Assembly (NCBI GenBank): GCA_003971905.1
Contig: RSEE01000115.1
Location: forward strand, 62,001-126,000
From: Moniliella sp. 'wahieum'
Lineage: Eukaryota
Length of the DNA stretch: 64,000 nucleotides
Reading direction: 5' to 3'
Of this stretch, positions 26,836 to 40,239 are shown one piece after another. The notes below the pieces were generated by a model, which saw only the letters and a program-made list of their open reading frames with translations, was not told where the DNA came from and made no database searches. A program made the translations under genes and the position numbers. Numbering within the stretch: the stretch's first letter is position 1; every line of letters begins with the position of its first letter.

Positions 26836-27964
26836 ATGCCCTCTTCCTCCTCCTGGCTTCGCCGTGGCCCACAGGACGATCTCAACCTACCACACCTCAG
26901 CCCTACCGCCGCCTCGTCCGACGTGGTCATCCCCCCCCCGCACCCCGCGACCGCAAGCGCGTCCGCACTCCTTCTCCGCTCTCAACCAAGAGCCCCTACG
27001 ACGATCCATGGCAGGCTCCACCGCGCTTCCCTGACCCGAACGTGTTGGATGCTGTAACGATGAGCGAGGTGCCCTGGGTGCGTACTATAATACACCATCC
27101 CTCCCCCCCGCTCTGAAACGCTGACAGTTCATGGTGCTATAACCCCCCCCTCCCTCCGTCCTATCGCGTCCGCTACCTGCAGTGGTCTACCGACGAGGAT
27201 GTGCGTCGATCGGCTGCCGAAGCAGGGGTCAACGTATCCCTCCGCGACATTACGTTCCAAGAGCACAAAGTCAATGGCAAGTCTAAGGGAATGGTGTACA
27301 TAGTCACCCGTTCCGCGTACGACGCAGCATGCCTGCACCAGTACTGGCTCGGTCACCCTTTGGAGGGCCAGCAACGAGTGGACGTGCACGTGGTCGCATC
27401 AGCGCTAGGCAATCCTTTGCCGTTTTACCGCGCAAAGAGGCTCGGCATAATCATAACCATAACCATACCGCGCGTTCCCGCGGCTCAAAGGCACCACGCA
27501 ACTTTGTCCCGCGTCCAGCTGGACCTCCACCCGTGCCACAGGCTGCCGCGGGCTTATCTTCTCTCCCTTCGCTTTCGGCACTTCCCTCACTCCCTTCGCT
27601 CTCGGCACTTCCCTCGTTACCGGCTGCGCTCCCCGTAGCTCCGCCCCTGCTGCCCATGATGGTGGCCGGGATGAATCGTAATGCGATGGGTATGTTGTGG
27701 CGGGCGTCGGAACAGGGGTGGGACAACGCCGCGCACCGGGCCTTCCCCTCAGACCTGTCACGCCAGCGCGGGACGAGCGCGGGAGCAGCGCGCCCGCGCA
27801 CGCACAGAACGAAGTGGCAAGCGGGCACGGCCGTGCTGAAGAAGAAGAAGGAATGCACAGCCAGCAGCGCAGATACCACCAAAGATGAGCGGTTTGGTGC
27901 CAGCGCGAATGGAAATGATATGTGCGGGTGGGGCGAGAAGGTAAAAGCAGGAGAGGAAGCCTAG
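26836..27964 (+). CDS. RRM protein resembling cleavage factor Im large subunit (CFIm68/CPSF6-7)
   Basis: VTMSEVPW, intron 27079-27182, then [26 protein letters not shown]. This matches the L.WWTTD..F.E.K.NGKSKG signature of the CFIm68/59 RRM. A Pro-rich tail follows; the end is uncertain (may reach about 28329). Confidence 0.7.
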
Positions 27965-28799
27965 CGGCTGGGCGTGGTACGGTGTTATAGGGGCTGTTGG
28001 GGCTGATGTCAGAACACACCAACAGGTGGCGGGGACTCGAGGGGGGGGGGGGCAGCTGGAATAAGATCCAACATAGTTGGAGAACGAACTGCCAGCTGGT
28101 CCAGGAGCCCAGTACACGCGTGGATGGGAGAGTCAGTCCTGGGATGGATAAAGACCTGCCCCTCACGCACCCTCCCTTGGCCGGGCAGCACCCTCCACCG
28201 CCCTCGTGGGCTCGGATGGGGCCCCTACTGTTGCCCTCTGTCTCCCCCGGGTGGATGGGGTGGAACGGGGTGTGGCACACGGGTCTCGACGGGCTGCCGC
28301 GGCCTAGACCGGTACCACTCTTGGATTGATGGTTTGCCGATGACAAGGTGGATGCATTTGGGGGAAGAGTACCCTGTTCGGGCGACGACTGACATACCAT
28401 ACAAGGACACCCGCCTGGGCCTCACTGGGCGACGTCCAGCAGTCTGCTCTCGCAGTCGGGCGAGAGATGATGGAGCGGTGCTATGAAAGGTGCGGGGCTT
28501 ACCTGTAAGGTTACCCTGCGGCTGAGTCTCCTTGACTTTGACGGCTGGGTGTGGGTGGGTGGGGGTAGGCTTGTGCGGCGTGCTTTCACGTTGCACATTT
28601 CATGTTTCATGCGTCTGCCCCAAGTACTTAACTTGGACGCCCTCGTCCCTCCCCATCCCATCCTCCTCATCCCATCCTCCCCACCCATTCTCCCCATCCC
28701 CATCCTCCCCATCCCCATCCTCCCCATCCCATCCTCTCCCCCCCCCCTTGCCATGGGACGCCGGCCCGAGGTTTGAATTTGCCTTTGGCATCGCCTCAC

Positions 28800-29496
28800 C
28801 TTCCGGGTCCATGCGCCTCCGCCCGCACACGAGGCCGAGGTGGACGTGTACCCCTTCCACCCGCCCATCCACCACCAGCCCGCACCGCCTCGCACCCCTC
28901 CCCTGGGTCCTCTACCTCCCTCCCCGCACCCGCACCGCACCCGCAACCGCACCACCACAACCGCCACACACTCCCCCCGCAGCCTGCCCGCCTGGCTCCA
29001 CGACCTCTGCCGCACCACGGCTGGCCCCTCGTCGCACTCGACGCCACCCCCGACCTGGAGGGCGCCCTTACCGCCCTCCTCGCCGGCGAGGAGAGTCACC
29101 TCAACTCAACTGGTCTTTGCTCGCCACCGGTCCGGCGCTGAAGCCGATACGGGCGCTGACGCCCTAGACGAGAGCTACTACTTTGATTCCTCTCGCATGG
29201 CGGTCTCGACCCCCACCGTATGGCACTGGTTGGCCCCCCACGTGCCAGCATGCCCTTCTCTCCTTTGGGCCAGTAGCGTGCCGCCCCCCTGTCCCCCGCC
29301 CCAACTCTCTCTCCTCTTTACCCCCATCCCTTTCCCCTCCGCATCCGCATCCGCATCCGCATCGGCGTCCTCCGCCGCTGGCTCCTCCCTGTTCCGATCC
29401 TTCCTGGCTAGCGAGCCGGACCGAGCTGCCCAGACCTCACGCCTGGCCAAGCAACTCCTCTTGGCGCTCAGCCCAGGGCCAGAGGCCAAGTTATAG
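28800..29496 (+). CDS. Hypothetical protein
   Basis: Pro/His-rich 218-aa ORF with a protein-like C-terminus. No family recognised. Confidence 0.25.
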
Positions 29497-29639
29497 ATCT
29501 CATCTATTGCCACGCACAGTAACGTGTTCCATTATGGGACCCCCCCCCCCCCCCACGTGTCAAACAAAGTAAGAACAAACTCGATTCCCGCGCCACTTAC
29601 TCGGGCCAATGCAGGCCCAGCTCGCCGTGCAGTAAATTC

Positions 29640-30560
29640 TCCAGCTCGCTAACGCCAAGGTGGTGCTTCTTCGTCCCCGCGCCCCGGCGCGAAGCGCATT
29701 TGACAACTGACGTATGGTGGTGGTGCGAATGGCAAGCAGCGGTGCGGGAGCGCTAGCGCAGGCCGACATAGAACCTGCCCCCATTACTCAGTGGCTCCTC
29801 CTGCACCCACACCAGGTCCGTGTTGGGGTACTTGCCCACGTACCGTGCTAGCGCGTCGTACGGGCCGGGGCGAAATCAAATTTGGTCCAGTCGAGTGATC
29901 GCCACGTTGGTACGGCCCTGGTCCCGACGTTTCGCTTCAGCGTAGCAGTACACGCGTCTGTGCAAATCCAAATCGCGTGCCGCGTGATTGGCTCGGGCGG
30001 GAGCAGCGTGTCTGGCCTCTCGGCTTCGTGAGGGTTGGCAATGTACTTTTGGACCCACCGCCGCGCACGGTAAACAGTCCGTGGGCGCTCGGCTGAGCCG
30101 CGAGCGCGCCGTGGGGTGATGCAGGAGCGACGTGGACATCAAGTGGATCCGAGGTTTGCGGAACTCACGACGAACTGGCGCGGAAGCACGTGGAAGCAGT
30201 CAAGTAGTTTACTGACGGGGTGGTGTAGACGAGCTGCATGTTGCAGTCTTGGTGTTGGCAGTTCATCGTTACTGTCAATGATACACTAGCCACGCATTGT
30301 TGGAAAAGTCACCACTGCCCCTCTCATATGGTCAAGTTCTTAAGATCAACCAAGGAGTAGCCCAATTTGATCCCCATGCAGTGCCCCTCCGACAGCAGGG
30401 CAAAAGAGAGGGAAGTTACCAGTTACCAGCCCCCTAGAGTGCTTCTCCCCGGGAGTGCAGACACTGCCCCTGCGCGAACTCAGATCATCCGCCCGCGAAG
30501 TATCCTCCTGCATCAGCACATGTCGTGGTGAATGTTCGGCTACCACCTGGGATCTATGAC
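29640..30560 (-). pseudogene. KGD1: Decayed C-terminal fragment of 2-oxoglutarate dehydrogenase E1
   Basis: Colinear broken motifs: [86 protein letters not shown]. In-frame stops, an internal deletion and no N-terminal part. Confidence 0.8.
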
Positions 30561-30954
30561 CGCTCATCTGTTTTCCCTTCCCACTTCCGGCCGCCACCTC
30601 GCCAGAGCGGCGCGTACGGCCATGTGGGTCTGCTTGCTCGGTCTGGCGCTCCGGCTACCGGGGACACCATCATATCGCATGGGTTTAATCAACATGGCCT
30701 CCGTAACTGCGCCTACCAGCATGCGTGCCCCGCGGGTGGTACGTACGCCCTCCCCCCTTCCCTGAAGAGGGAATAGAAAGGCAACAGGACACACAACGCG
30801 TAGCAGCGTGGCAGAGGGAGGGGCAGGAAGGAAGGGAGAAAAGTTGGGGCGGGAGAGGGAGAGGGAGGGTTAGCGCAAGGCATGGGGGTGCAACAGTCTA
30901 CCGGAGCACACGACTGCAGCACCCAACGTGCCGGTCCAACGACTGCCAGGCCAC

Positions 30955-31592
30955 TTAGATCAGGCCAATCTGGTTGGACACGTCCAGTGCGTCCTGGTCC
31001 TTGTGGAGACGAATGTAGGCCTTCTTCTTGCCATCGGGGCGGATCAGGGTGTTGATCTTGGCTGCCTCGACCGAGTAGGCCTTCTTGAGCGCGGCCTTGA
31101 TCTGGTGCTTGTTCGCCCGCCGGTCCACGATAAAGACCAGGGTGTTGAATTCCTCAATCTTCTTCATCGCCGACTCGGTGTTGAGGGGGAACTGAAGCAC
31201 CTGGTACGCGTCCATGCGCGGCGCCGAGGGAATGCTCTTCCGCAAGTACTTGGGCTTACGGGGAAGAGCCAAGGTCTTCGGCCGGTGGAACGTCACGTTA
31301 CGACGGACCTTCTTGACGCGCGTGCCCTGCTGGCCCTTGAGCGCAGCCTTCTTGGCCGCAAGCGCCACGGACTTCTCAGCTGCAGGACAACCAAACAAGT
31401 TCAATGTCAGTCTCCTGTTCTCCTTCCAACGGGCTCCCTTGGGTATCGAATCCCCACTCCCCACTAGCCGACGCTTGAGGGCCCCCAGCACCATTCCTCC
31501 CGCCCCCACAAAGATGCGCAGCGCTGCAACAGCCACCGGATGCGCTCCCGAAACGCGCCAGGAACATGCTACTTACTCTTGACAATCGCCAT
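30955..31592 (-). CDS. RPL25: 60S ribosomal protein L25/L23a (uL23)
   Basis: Exon 1 31592-31577 (MAIVK), intron GTAAGT..CAG 31576-31380, exon 2 ..[49 protein letters not shown]. Confidence 0.97.
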
Positions 31593-31903
31593 CTTGGTCT
31601 GCTGAGGTCGTTGGTGGGATGTCGATGGCCCAGCCACGTCGCGTAGGCCACCTTCGTCTCAACTGCAACCGCAGAGCGCATGAGTCGCGTGCGGGGGGAG
31701 GCAGGCACGGTGCCTGTCTTCTTAATTATTTTGCCGCAGCACCAGCAACCCGCATTGGCACCCGATCAGTATCGGACGGTTGATGCCGTGGCCATTTTAA
31801 TGTGTTGCAGCGAAAGTAGGGTTTCGTCCTCTGAGCACTCTGGGAGCCCAGTCGTCTCGCCCCGTCTCCTCCAGCGGTAACCGTCACCTTCGTCAAGCTA
31901 ACA

Positions 31904-32705
31904 ATGGTGGTGCGTATGACCCCTTTGCCGCTGTCACTACACGCCCACGCGCCCACGTGTGCTCGATCGTCGGGGAGAGGCGTCTCGCTTGATGTTCTGT
32001 CCACGGCGCGCCGTAGCGATGCGCCGGGACGTGACCGGACGGGACCGGACGGGACCGGAGGTTTCTCTCCCCCCCACACACACACCTCCCGTCGCTAGTG
32101 TCGTTGGAATGCAAATGCTAACCTACCCTGACTCGACAGCAATACGCGATCCGTGACTCGGACCTGGCCGAGAAGAGCGCCAAGAGCCGTGGTGACTACC
32201 TGCGTGTGCACTACAAGAACACGCGCGAGACCGCGGCGACTATCCAGGGCATGAAGTTGTCGAAGGCGTACGCGTTCCTGGCCGATGTGCAGGAGAAGAA
32301 GCAGTGTGTGCCTTTCCGCCGGCACAACAAGCATGTTGGTCGCACGTCGCAGGCTAAGCAGTGGGGATCGGTCACCCAGGGTCGCTGGCCTACGAAGAGC
32401 GCCAAGTTCCTCGTTGCGCTCCTCAAGAACGCCGAGTCCAACGCGGACCAGAAGGGCTTGGAGGTGGAGAACCTGCTGATCAAGCACATTGTCATCCACC
32501 GTGCCCCGCACATTACCGCCGCACTTACCGTGCCCATGGTCGCATCAACCCCTACAAGGGTTCCCCCTGCCACGTTGAGATCCACCTTGTGGAGCAGGGC
32601 TCGGCCGTGCCCAAGACGGTCGAGGTGGCGGCTCCTCGCCTGAACAAGCGCCAGCTGGCGATTCGTCGCAACGCTGCGGCCCAGAAGGCCCTCGTCTCGG
32701 CCTAA
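31904..32705 (+). CDS. RPL17: 60S ribosomal protein L17 (uL22)
   Basis: Exon 1 ATGGTG, intron 31910-32139, then [48 protein letters not shown]. One indel near 32510. Confidence 0.96.
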
Positions 32706-33028
32706 GTCCGTTGACGGGTCCCCTTCTCTATCTCTGTCCCCCCCTCCCCCTATGGAGTTAGGCGGATGGCGCCCTCGCTTTCACTAGCCTCAGGACGACC
32801 TGCCGCCGCTACTCTGGAAAACAAGTCTCCCTCTGGTGGGACGTATGCATGTATGTCTTGTACAAGCTAACCAACCATGGGAATAGGGCCGCTTCAAGGT
32901 AGGGTAATAGGCAGGCGAAGAACTCACCAAAGGAAACTAAAGGGAAGTGAGAGAGAGAGGTGAGTGAGAGCGCAACAGGAATCAAGCGAGAACGAGGAGG
33001 TTCTCGGATGGTAAGTTAGGTGATAGAC

Positions 33029-34412
33029 TCAAGCTGTAGCTTGCGGTTGCGGTAGAGGCAGATGGCGAACCAGGGGAGCAGGAGTGACACTTGTCAGCCA
33101 GCGTGGTGAGCTGGAAGCGGCCGAGCAACCATATTGGTTCCAGGCATCGATCATTGCCCACCCCGACCAAGGAAGAAGGTGTAGGTCCACCCCCACCCCA
33201 CCAGGGCCGTGAGGGGGCGCGGCAGACGGCGCCAAACAGATCCCAAGCGGGTAGACGCAAGTGCTTGCTCGAGCAGGACCAGCATCGCTTGGACTAGGAA
33301 GAATTGCATGGCTGCCCCAGCAGGCAGGTCCACCAACGAGTGCGTCGACATGTAGCTCGCGCCGATCTCGTGAATGAGGCCAGAGAGTACAAAGGTGGCA
33401 AGGACCGCAGCTGGCTTGCCAGCTACCCGGTACGCGGGCCGGCCCGCCACATCCACCAGAACAGGGCGGATGAATTGGTGCCAGTGACAGTTCCACAGCG
33501 AGGTGACCGAGGTGGCGCCTACGAGGCTGCCCATCGGAAGAGAGAGCCAAGGGTGCAGGTCGGGATCAGGATGGAGGAGGGCGTAGGTGACGCTGAGCGC
33601 AGCAAAGCCCGTCAGAGGTTTACGTTGAACTCCACCACAAACAGTACCGCGACCACCAAGGGGCCTAACCGACCAAAGCACCCTTCGCGGGCCGCATTCA
33701 AGGGTGCCGCAAGCCACGTGGCGGCGGGAGGAAAGACCAGGGATCCCTCGCCACACTCTCGATCGCATCGGTCACCACAAGAAGTAGGAGGAGCAACGCG
33801 AAGCGATGGAGGATGAAGCGCCACCTCATTTTCCGGGCAGATGTGCCCTGGGCGGCGGAGAGGACGGAGAGGCGCGGACCACGAGGACGGTGGCGAAGGT
33901 TGAACATCAAGTCGATCCAGAGGGGCAGCGAGGGCTGGGAGGGCCGCTGTGCCGCCTCTCTGAGGCTGGAGGGAGGGGGCTGGGATGATAAGGAGAGCAG
34001 CCTTGCGTACGGCGGAGGAGGGTGGGACGCACACGCCCAGACGATCAGACGGCATGCATTGGTGGCAAGGAAAAAAGCGGCGCCAAAATGGCGTGCGACG
34101 GCGTCGCCAAAGTCATGGCCTTGGCCCGCCGGGCCAGGCGGGGTGCTAGCGGGGAGGATGGAAGGGATGGGGAAGCGGTAGCAAAGCAGGACGCGGGCAT
34201 GGCATAGAGGCCCAGGCACAGCGCACCGAGACGGAGGACACGGGAGCTCAGCGTCTGGAGCTGCGGGGCGGGGCGGAGGACGAGGTAGGCGCTGAGGGCA
34301 GTGGTGAGGAGGGGCCGGCAACGAGGCTGGCCTGGGCAGATGCGGAGGCGGCGACCTGGCGCGCAGGGCCCCACGGCGCCTGGCGTGGCACGAGGTCGAG
34401 CGGGATGGTCAT
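33029..34412 (-). CDS. Membrane-bound O-acyltransferase (MBOAT_2 / wax synthase-like)
   Basis: SVTSLWNCHWHQFIRP, ATFVLSGLIHE and FFLVQAMLVLLE motifs plus several hydrophobic segments; frameshifted. Confidence 0.8.
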
Positions 34413-35123
34413 GGAGGACGACGCGCCGGGTGGGGCAACGCGCACGGCGTGCTTCTGTAATAGTGTTGGTGTATGCGTTGCGCTATGGCCCTACGCGAGC
34501 TGAACATTTCACATGCGGTGGGTGGCCGGTGGGCCAGGAGGGGCCGGGTGGGAGGGGTTTGTCTGGGGCAGTGGGGTCGTCGGCGATCTTCGGATGGATC
34601 ATTGACGTTTGACGGCGGCGGCCGTCATTAATCATTGCCGCAGCCATGCGCGCGCCAACGGCAGCGGCGGGCAGCGCATGGATGTGCTCCTGCTCCGTGC
34701 GGGCGCAGCAACGCCACCGGAGCATCATCCACCGCCTGCCGCCGCATCCCTCCGCCACGCCCACATGTCAGCCGTCCATCCTCGCGCCCCCGACATCACC
34801 CATGGCGCTTCTGCGCCCAGCAGGGTACTGCTCGCGTATATTGCTTCTTCCTGCTGCCCCCTCTCAGCTCAGTCTTTCGCCTCCCAGAGATAGATTCCCA
34901 GCCGCTATATACCCGCACGCTATTACCCAGCTAGTAGCCATTGCGCAGCAGAGCGGGGACAGTCAAAACGCCCCTTCTTTCCCCTCTCGCCTCTGTTTCC
35001 TCCCCCCATCCCCCGCCGACACCACCTCCCTCCTCTCTTCTCTTCTCTACGCCTGCATCCTTCAGAGCTGGACTCTGCCCCCCACCTACATCCACATTTC
35101 CATCCCCTCTATACCCTTCTCCC

Positions 35124-36360
35124 ATGATCTCTTCCGTCGTCCTCGTAGGCGCTGCTGCCGCTATCGCCGCCTCGACCCCCATTGCCCAAGCTGCCTCGAC
35201 GCCTCGCGGCCACTTTAGCCGCAACAGCAACCGCTGGCGCAGCGGGCTGCGCCGGTCCGGTCTCACAGGGCGGGGCAACGCGCCTTCCCTTGCCATGGAC
35301 GCCCAGTCGCCCCAAGACTTTTACAATTGGTTCAACTTTGACAGCTCGGCCGACAGCAGTGGCGGCACGGTCCAGTATGTCGACCAAGCTACCGCCAACC
35401 AGGCTGCTATGCTTTGGATGGGCCAAAATGGGGGGCTGGCATTTGGACCCGACACGCAAACCAACGGCCAGAATCCGCGCAATTCCTTGCGTCTGACCTC
35501 TAACCAAACGTGGGGGTACGGTGTGTATGTGTGGGATGTGGCGCATGTCCCCTCCGACTGTGCCACGTGGCCTGCACTCTGGACGACCACGGGTAGCAAC
35601 TGGCCCAACGGAGGCGAACTTGACGTGTTTGAAGGTGTGAATGGGCTGGGAACCAACGAGGGAACACTTCATACGGGTACATCGTGCAGTCAGACGGGAT
35701 GGCAGACTGGCACCACGCGCAACAGCCAGTGCGAAGGGGGGACCGGCTGCGGCGTTCAGTTTACAGGAAACCAAAATACGTTTGGAGAAGGGTACGTCTG
35801 TCATCGTCTTTCCCTTGTTCTGCCGTTATCTAGATAGGTGTTGCACTCTGTCGAGTGGCAACGTTGCCAATTGGGACGAGAGTGTCTAATCCTTCCCTCC
35901 GTTTCCTCTTCTTCTTCTCTCTACATCTCCGTCTCCAGATTGAACAGCAACGGGGGTGCGGTCTTTGCTATGTTGTACGCCAGTAGTGGCATCTCCATGT
36001 GGAAGTTTGACCGCTCCTCCGCCCCGGCCGGTACGAAACGGGGCGACAGTGCAACCGTCGACGTTGGTTCTTGGCCGGAACCCGACGCGAACTGGCAATT
36101 GGGCGGGGACGGGTGCCCCGTGTCGAGTGTGAACCAAGACCAAGTGATCGTAATGAACATTGATTTCTGTGTGGCTGGGGGTCGCAACCTGGCTCGTGTA
36201 ACTTCGGATCGAGTTGCTCTGACTACGTTGCCAACAACCCCGATAAGCTGCACAACAGCTACTTTGACGTGAATCGGTCCGTATAATACCCCGCCTCCCC
36301 CTCTCCACCCGCGTGTTCAGTATTGTTTCCCAACAAAATTATATAACCTCACTTCGCGGT
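35124..36360 (+). CDS. Secreted GH16 endo-1,3(4)-beta-glucanase (fungal Lam16A-like)
   Basis: Signal peptide MISSVVLVGAAAAIAA; GTVQYV, RNSLRLTS, CATWPALW, catalytic GGELDVFEG; intron 35792-35938, then NSNGGAVFAM..W.FDR..WPEPDA..IVMNIDFC. The 3' end is approximate. Confidence 0.9.
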
Positions 36361-37129
36361 TATACCTCTGCGTTCTTTTGTGCTGACCACACTCATGCTC
36401 ACGTCCTACAGCTTTGCTCTTTGGACGTGGGGTTAGATCCCCAACCCACTCGTCAAAACACATGCCCGGATTTGACGCCACACTCGTGGGACAAAAAGAG
36501 TTACTTTCCCTTCTTCATCTTGGATCGTTTTCCTCTCACTTCATTTTCTTTTCTTCTCCTTTCCCAGATCGACATGTCATTTACCCCTCCCTCTCTTCCC
36601 CCTCACCCTTTCACCTCCTTTGCATTTATGATACCACAGCCCGGATCTCCTGTATATACGGATGGATTGTGCTGGGCGCAATCCTTGTGACCGTAACTTT
36701 CGCTAAAACCCCACACGTTCTCCCTCTTCTCCATCACAGCATTTACCGCCACATATATCTACGGCCTGTTGGGATCTTTGCGTGCGATGAACTCGTTCTC
36801 TTTATTTCTCGCTGCTAGGCAGTAACCCGTAACTGCCATCGCGCAAACAGGACCCGTCGTCTTTTGTTTTGTAGAGAGGGCGCAAGAAAATAGTTGTCAA
36901 GTCCTCCGTTTCTATACCACATCTGGCATCACATATGCCACAGCTTGTTACAGCTCAAAAAGCTTACAGGCATACCGGAAATGTCGATGAACGAGAGAAA
37001 GAGAAGTTATAGATGGGGTGTGGAGAGATACGATTTTGTTGACGACGTTGGTGAGAACGGCGGGCGGTAGTCGCGGTGAATAGCTTAGAGCCAAAGCGAG
37101 AGGGTTAAGAACGTTTTTCTTTGGAATCT

Positions 37130-38035
37130 ATCGCAGACCCCACCGGATCGTTGATTTTCGTCTGGAGGGCGTGGACACGCCCGAGGGCACACTCCCCGTC
37201 TCGAGCGCTATGCTCCTGGGGAACGCCAACCCCGCATATTCTCTCTTATCTCCTTTATGGCTTACCCAGACTCGAAAAGCTGGGCTATTCTGTTGCGTGA
37301 AACTGAAGGGCCGTGGGAGTATAATGACACATAACACACTTATCGCACTCGCCTGGTTGTCATCAAGAATTTCGAAAGCCTGTTTGCTGCACACCAAAGT
37401 GCCAGGCATCCCTGGATATTCACCGTCGACTTGGACTTTCTCGAGGCGCTATACCCAAGCCCCCTACGTTTTCTGATTTTCCGTCGGCATCGGAACAGGC
37501 TACTGGTAGGCACCCCACCCTGATGGATGGTCGAGCTTTCCTCCCCTCGCGAGCCTACTGCTGGCGATACGTCGTGGATCCATCAGGGCACGTGGCTTGG
37601 AAACCAGATGCCCCTGAGAGTCCGTGCATATGCAAACAGGAACAGCGGAGTAAGACGCCAGGGTGTGTGCAGATCAACCTGTTGGATTGGAAGCATGCCC
37701 ATTCGGTGTCCGACGTACGCATCTCGGCTTGTTTCCCCTTCGTCCGATCCGCATCGACAAGGGCCCATATGAGGGGTGGAAAGGACCTTCGCATACCTGG
37801 TCCCCCAGATCCCAATGCCGCGCTGTTCAATCTGTTATCTGGCGACCCCGAGTTGGACCGGTCGATTATAACCCCGACAGAGTTGCTGATTCACGTGTTT
37901 CCCGTATTCTACGACGAAGCGTCGTTCTGGTGTGCTGGTAAATACGATAAGGACAAACATATTAGTCCTAATACGACCGTGCCCCTAATGTGGTATTGGG
38001 GACGACGTGGGCGCGAGTGGTTGAAGGACCACTGA
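37130..38035 (+). pseudogene. 5'-truncated, diverged paralogue of the F-box genes at 46.7 and 54.7 kb
   Basis: Shares PDSKSWAILL, RTRLVVIKNF, DGRAFLPS, CVQINLLDWKHA.S.SDVR, GKDLRIPGP and W.WGRR.R.WLKDH*. No F-box exon is seen upstream, and there is an apparent in-frame TAA near 37333. Confidence 0.75.
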
Positions 38036-38476
38036 AGACCAGTGCGCATGCCGTTTGGACGTCCTGGAGCGGAGAATCGACGTACACAATATTATGCCTC
38101 CTCTCGTCCTTTGTGCGCCGCATGTGTAGCTTCTGAGATGCGGGTAATAGGGTTGTTGCCGGATTCTTTTGCCTCCTCCGATATAGAAAGTGTTGAGCTG
38201 TGGGTGGCTCGTGCGTTTGTCAATGTCCCTTCCGTGCCTCCTCAGGCGTATTAGGAGTTCCGTTGTTTTCCCTCTCTTATTTTCCCTTGTTCCGCAGCTT
38301 AGCCCCTGATGGCGACTCGCGGCTTGATGTTCATCTGTAGGCATCGCTGCTTGCCACACCACCACCACCACCACCAGTGCGATTACATCACCCTCGAGGA
38401 CCATCAGGACTACAGGTCTCATCAGAGTTACAACTCTTCGCTCATCCAGTGAGCAACAGTAATCACCCAGCACTAC

Positions 38477-38524
38477 CCATTCCCATTCCCATTCCCATTC
38501 CCATTCCCATTCCCATTCCCATTG
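38477..38524. repeat. (CCCATT)n microsatellite just upstream of the gag ORF
   Basis: About 8 perfect units. Confidence 0.9.
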
Positions 38525-38540
38525 GCGTATTTCATCCACA

Positions 38541-40223
38541 ATGAGCGCCACTCCACTCCCTACCCCTTCCCTCTTGGGTTCAAACCCGGAGTCGGCAGAC
38601 GCACATCTTCCGTCTCCTTTCCCTACAGAAGGCATTACCTTCGAACGCGCTTCTCAGATGGCTAAAGAACAACTTGGCCAATACCAAACCCTTTACCATG
38701 CTCTTCGTGATCAGACCCCTCTAGTAACCAAAAATCCCACGTCTGATTTTCAAGTCCATCTCCACGATATCTCAACCCGTCTCTCATCCCTCAACCTCAA
38801 GGTCGACGAAATGATCGGCGATCCTACTAAGTGGATTACCAGCGATCGGTCTTCCCAACAAGCGTCTGTCGCGCACCACTTCGATGAGTTGCGTACAGCC
38901 TTTCGTCATGCGTTACTGGGTTTTTGCGCACCATCTTGGTTCTCCTCTTCTTCCCATTCCCCCCCCTCCTCTTCCCACATACACTCCTCCGAAACATCTG
39001 ACCTTTCGGATCCCATCCCAACCCCTCGGCCGGTCGCGTCACCCGTGTCTGACGACGAATCCATTGTTGATACTCATGTGGCAACAACGACACCGTCGCT
39101 TACTCCTCCGATTGATGATACAATCGTGTCAACTTTAACTAATCTTGTCCGTGCTGGCATGTCTACGGATCGCCTCACGGATGTAGCCAAGAAACGTTGG
39201 GGTGCTGACGTGGGCATTCCAGCTGCTATGGCAGTTCTAGAAGATTGGCCGTCCGGAGCACCCGCCGGCAATGTTTCGTCCGTGACACCACCTCTGCCTT
39301 ATAACCCTGAGCCCTTCCCAGCCTTGGCCAAAATTACCCGAAGCGTCAACGTTGTGGACAAGTACAAGGTGGGGCAAGACTTTTGGCCTTGGGCAGACTT
39401 GATTCTGGGCAGACTTGACGATGCGGTGGACGGTGCTCGTGCTTTGATTCAAACTGGAGAAGATGGTCTCCATTACAATCGCTTACTGGATCGCAAACTA
39501 CACGCTCCTCTCATGGCTCATTTGCACCGCAATGTTAGCGCGTCTATTCCATTTTCCGTTACCAACGGCATGGCTTCCACACTTTTCCGTATCCTGTTAC
39601 AACGTTTCGGTCAAACATCCCCGCAAGAACAGTGCGATCTTCTCCGGCAGCTGGTTGACCTTCGTATCGGGACTTCGAAAGGATCCACATACGTGGAACG
39701 GCACCGCAATCTGGCTTACAAACTGGAAGTGCGATTTGGTCATCCGCTTCATGAGGATGTCCTACGTTCTTGTTTGCTCAACGGTCTGCAGGATCCCACT
39801 TTTGTGGCATTATGCAACCCTCACACGAACTACGACCAACTATTGATGATGGTTTCAAGCCTTCCGGCAGCACGTTCTTCGTCGTCTCTCCCGAACAAAC
39901 CTGTACCGCAAAGCTCGGGTGGTCGAAAGCCTTCTCGTACCAGTACATCTCACGGTGGCGGGTCATCTCGCAGGCGCTGCTGCTCACAATGGAATGGGGC
40001 ACATGGGTCAGGGTCTGGTCCACGTGGAGGCGGGACTGTGTCGTACGGATCCCAAGGCACCGCTAATTGGACCGCCGCCAACACCGTGGCTCCTGTTGTT
40101 CCGGGTCCTTTTGTGACAGCGTATCCAAACGCTACATTTTCTGGAGGACCCCTGTATTTCCAACATATACCTCCCAAGGATTCCAGTGCATCCGGTCTCT
40201 CTCCTTCTCATCCTCCTGAATAG
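38541..40223 (+). mobile_element. Ty1/copia-type Gag ORF (560 aa, uninterrupted)
   Basis: Copia gag (UBN2/Retrotran_gag_2-like) pattern DFWPW..ASTLFRILLQRFGQTS..LLRQLVDLR..YVERHRNLAYKL..EDVLRSCLLNGL; degenerate knuckle CSQWNGAH. Confidence 0.72.
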
Positions 40224-40239
40224 AATTGCGCGGGAAGTA

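Noticed and set aside
32500..32520. Programmed frameshifting in RPL17, RPS4 or RPS21
   Set aside because: No slippery site or consistent signal, and indels are scattered across all genes, which fits sequencing error.
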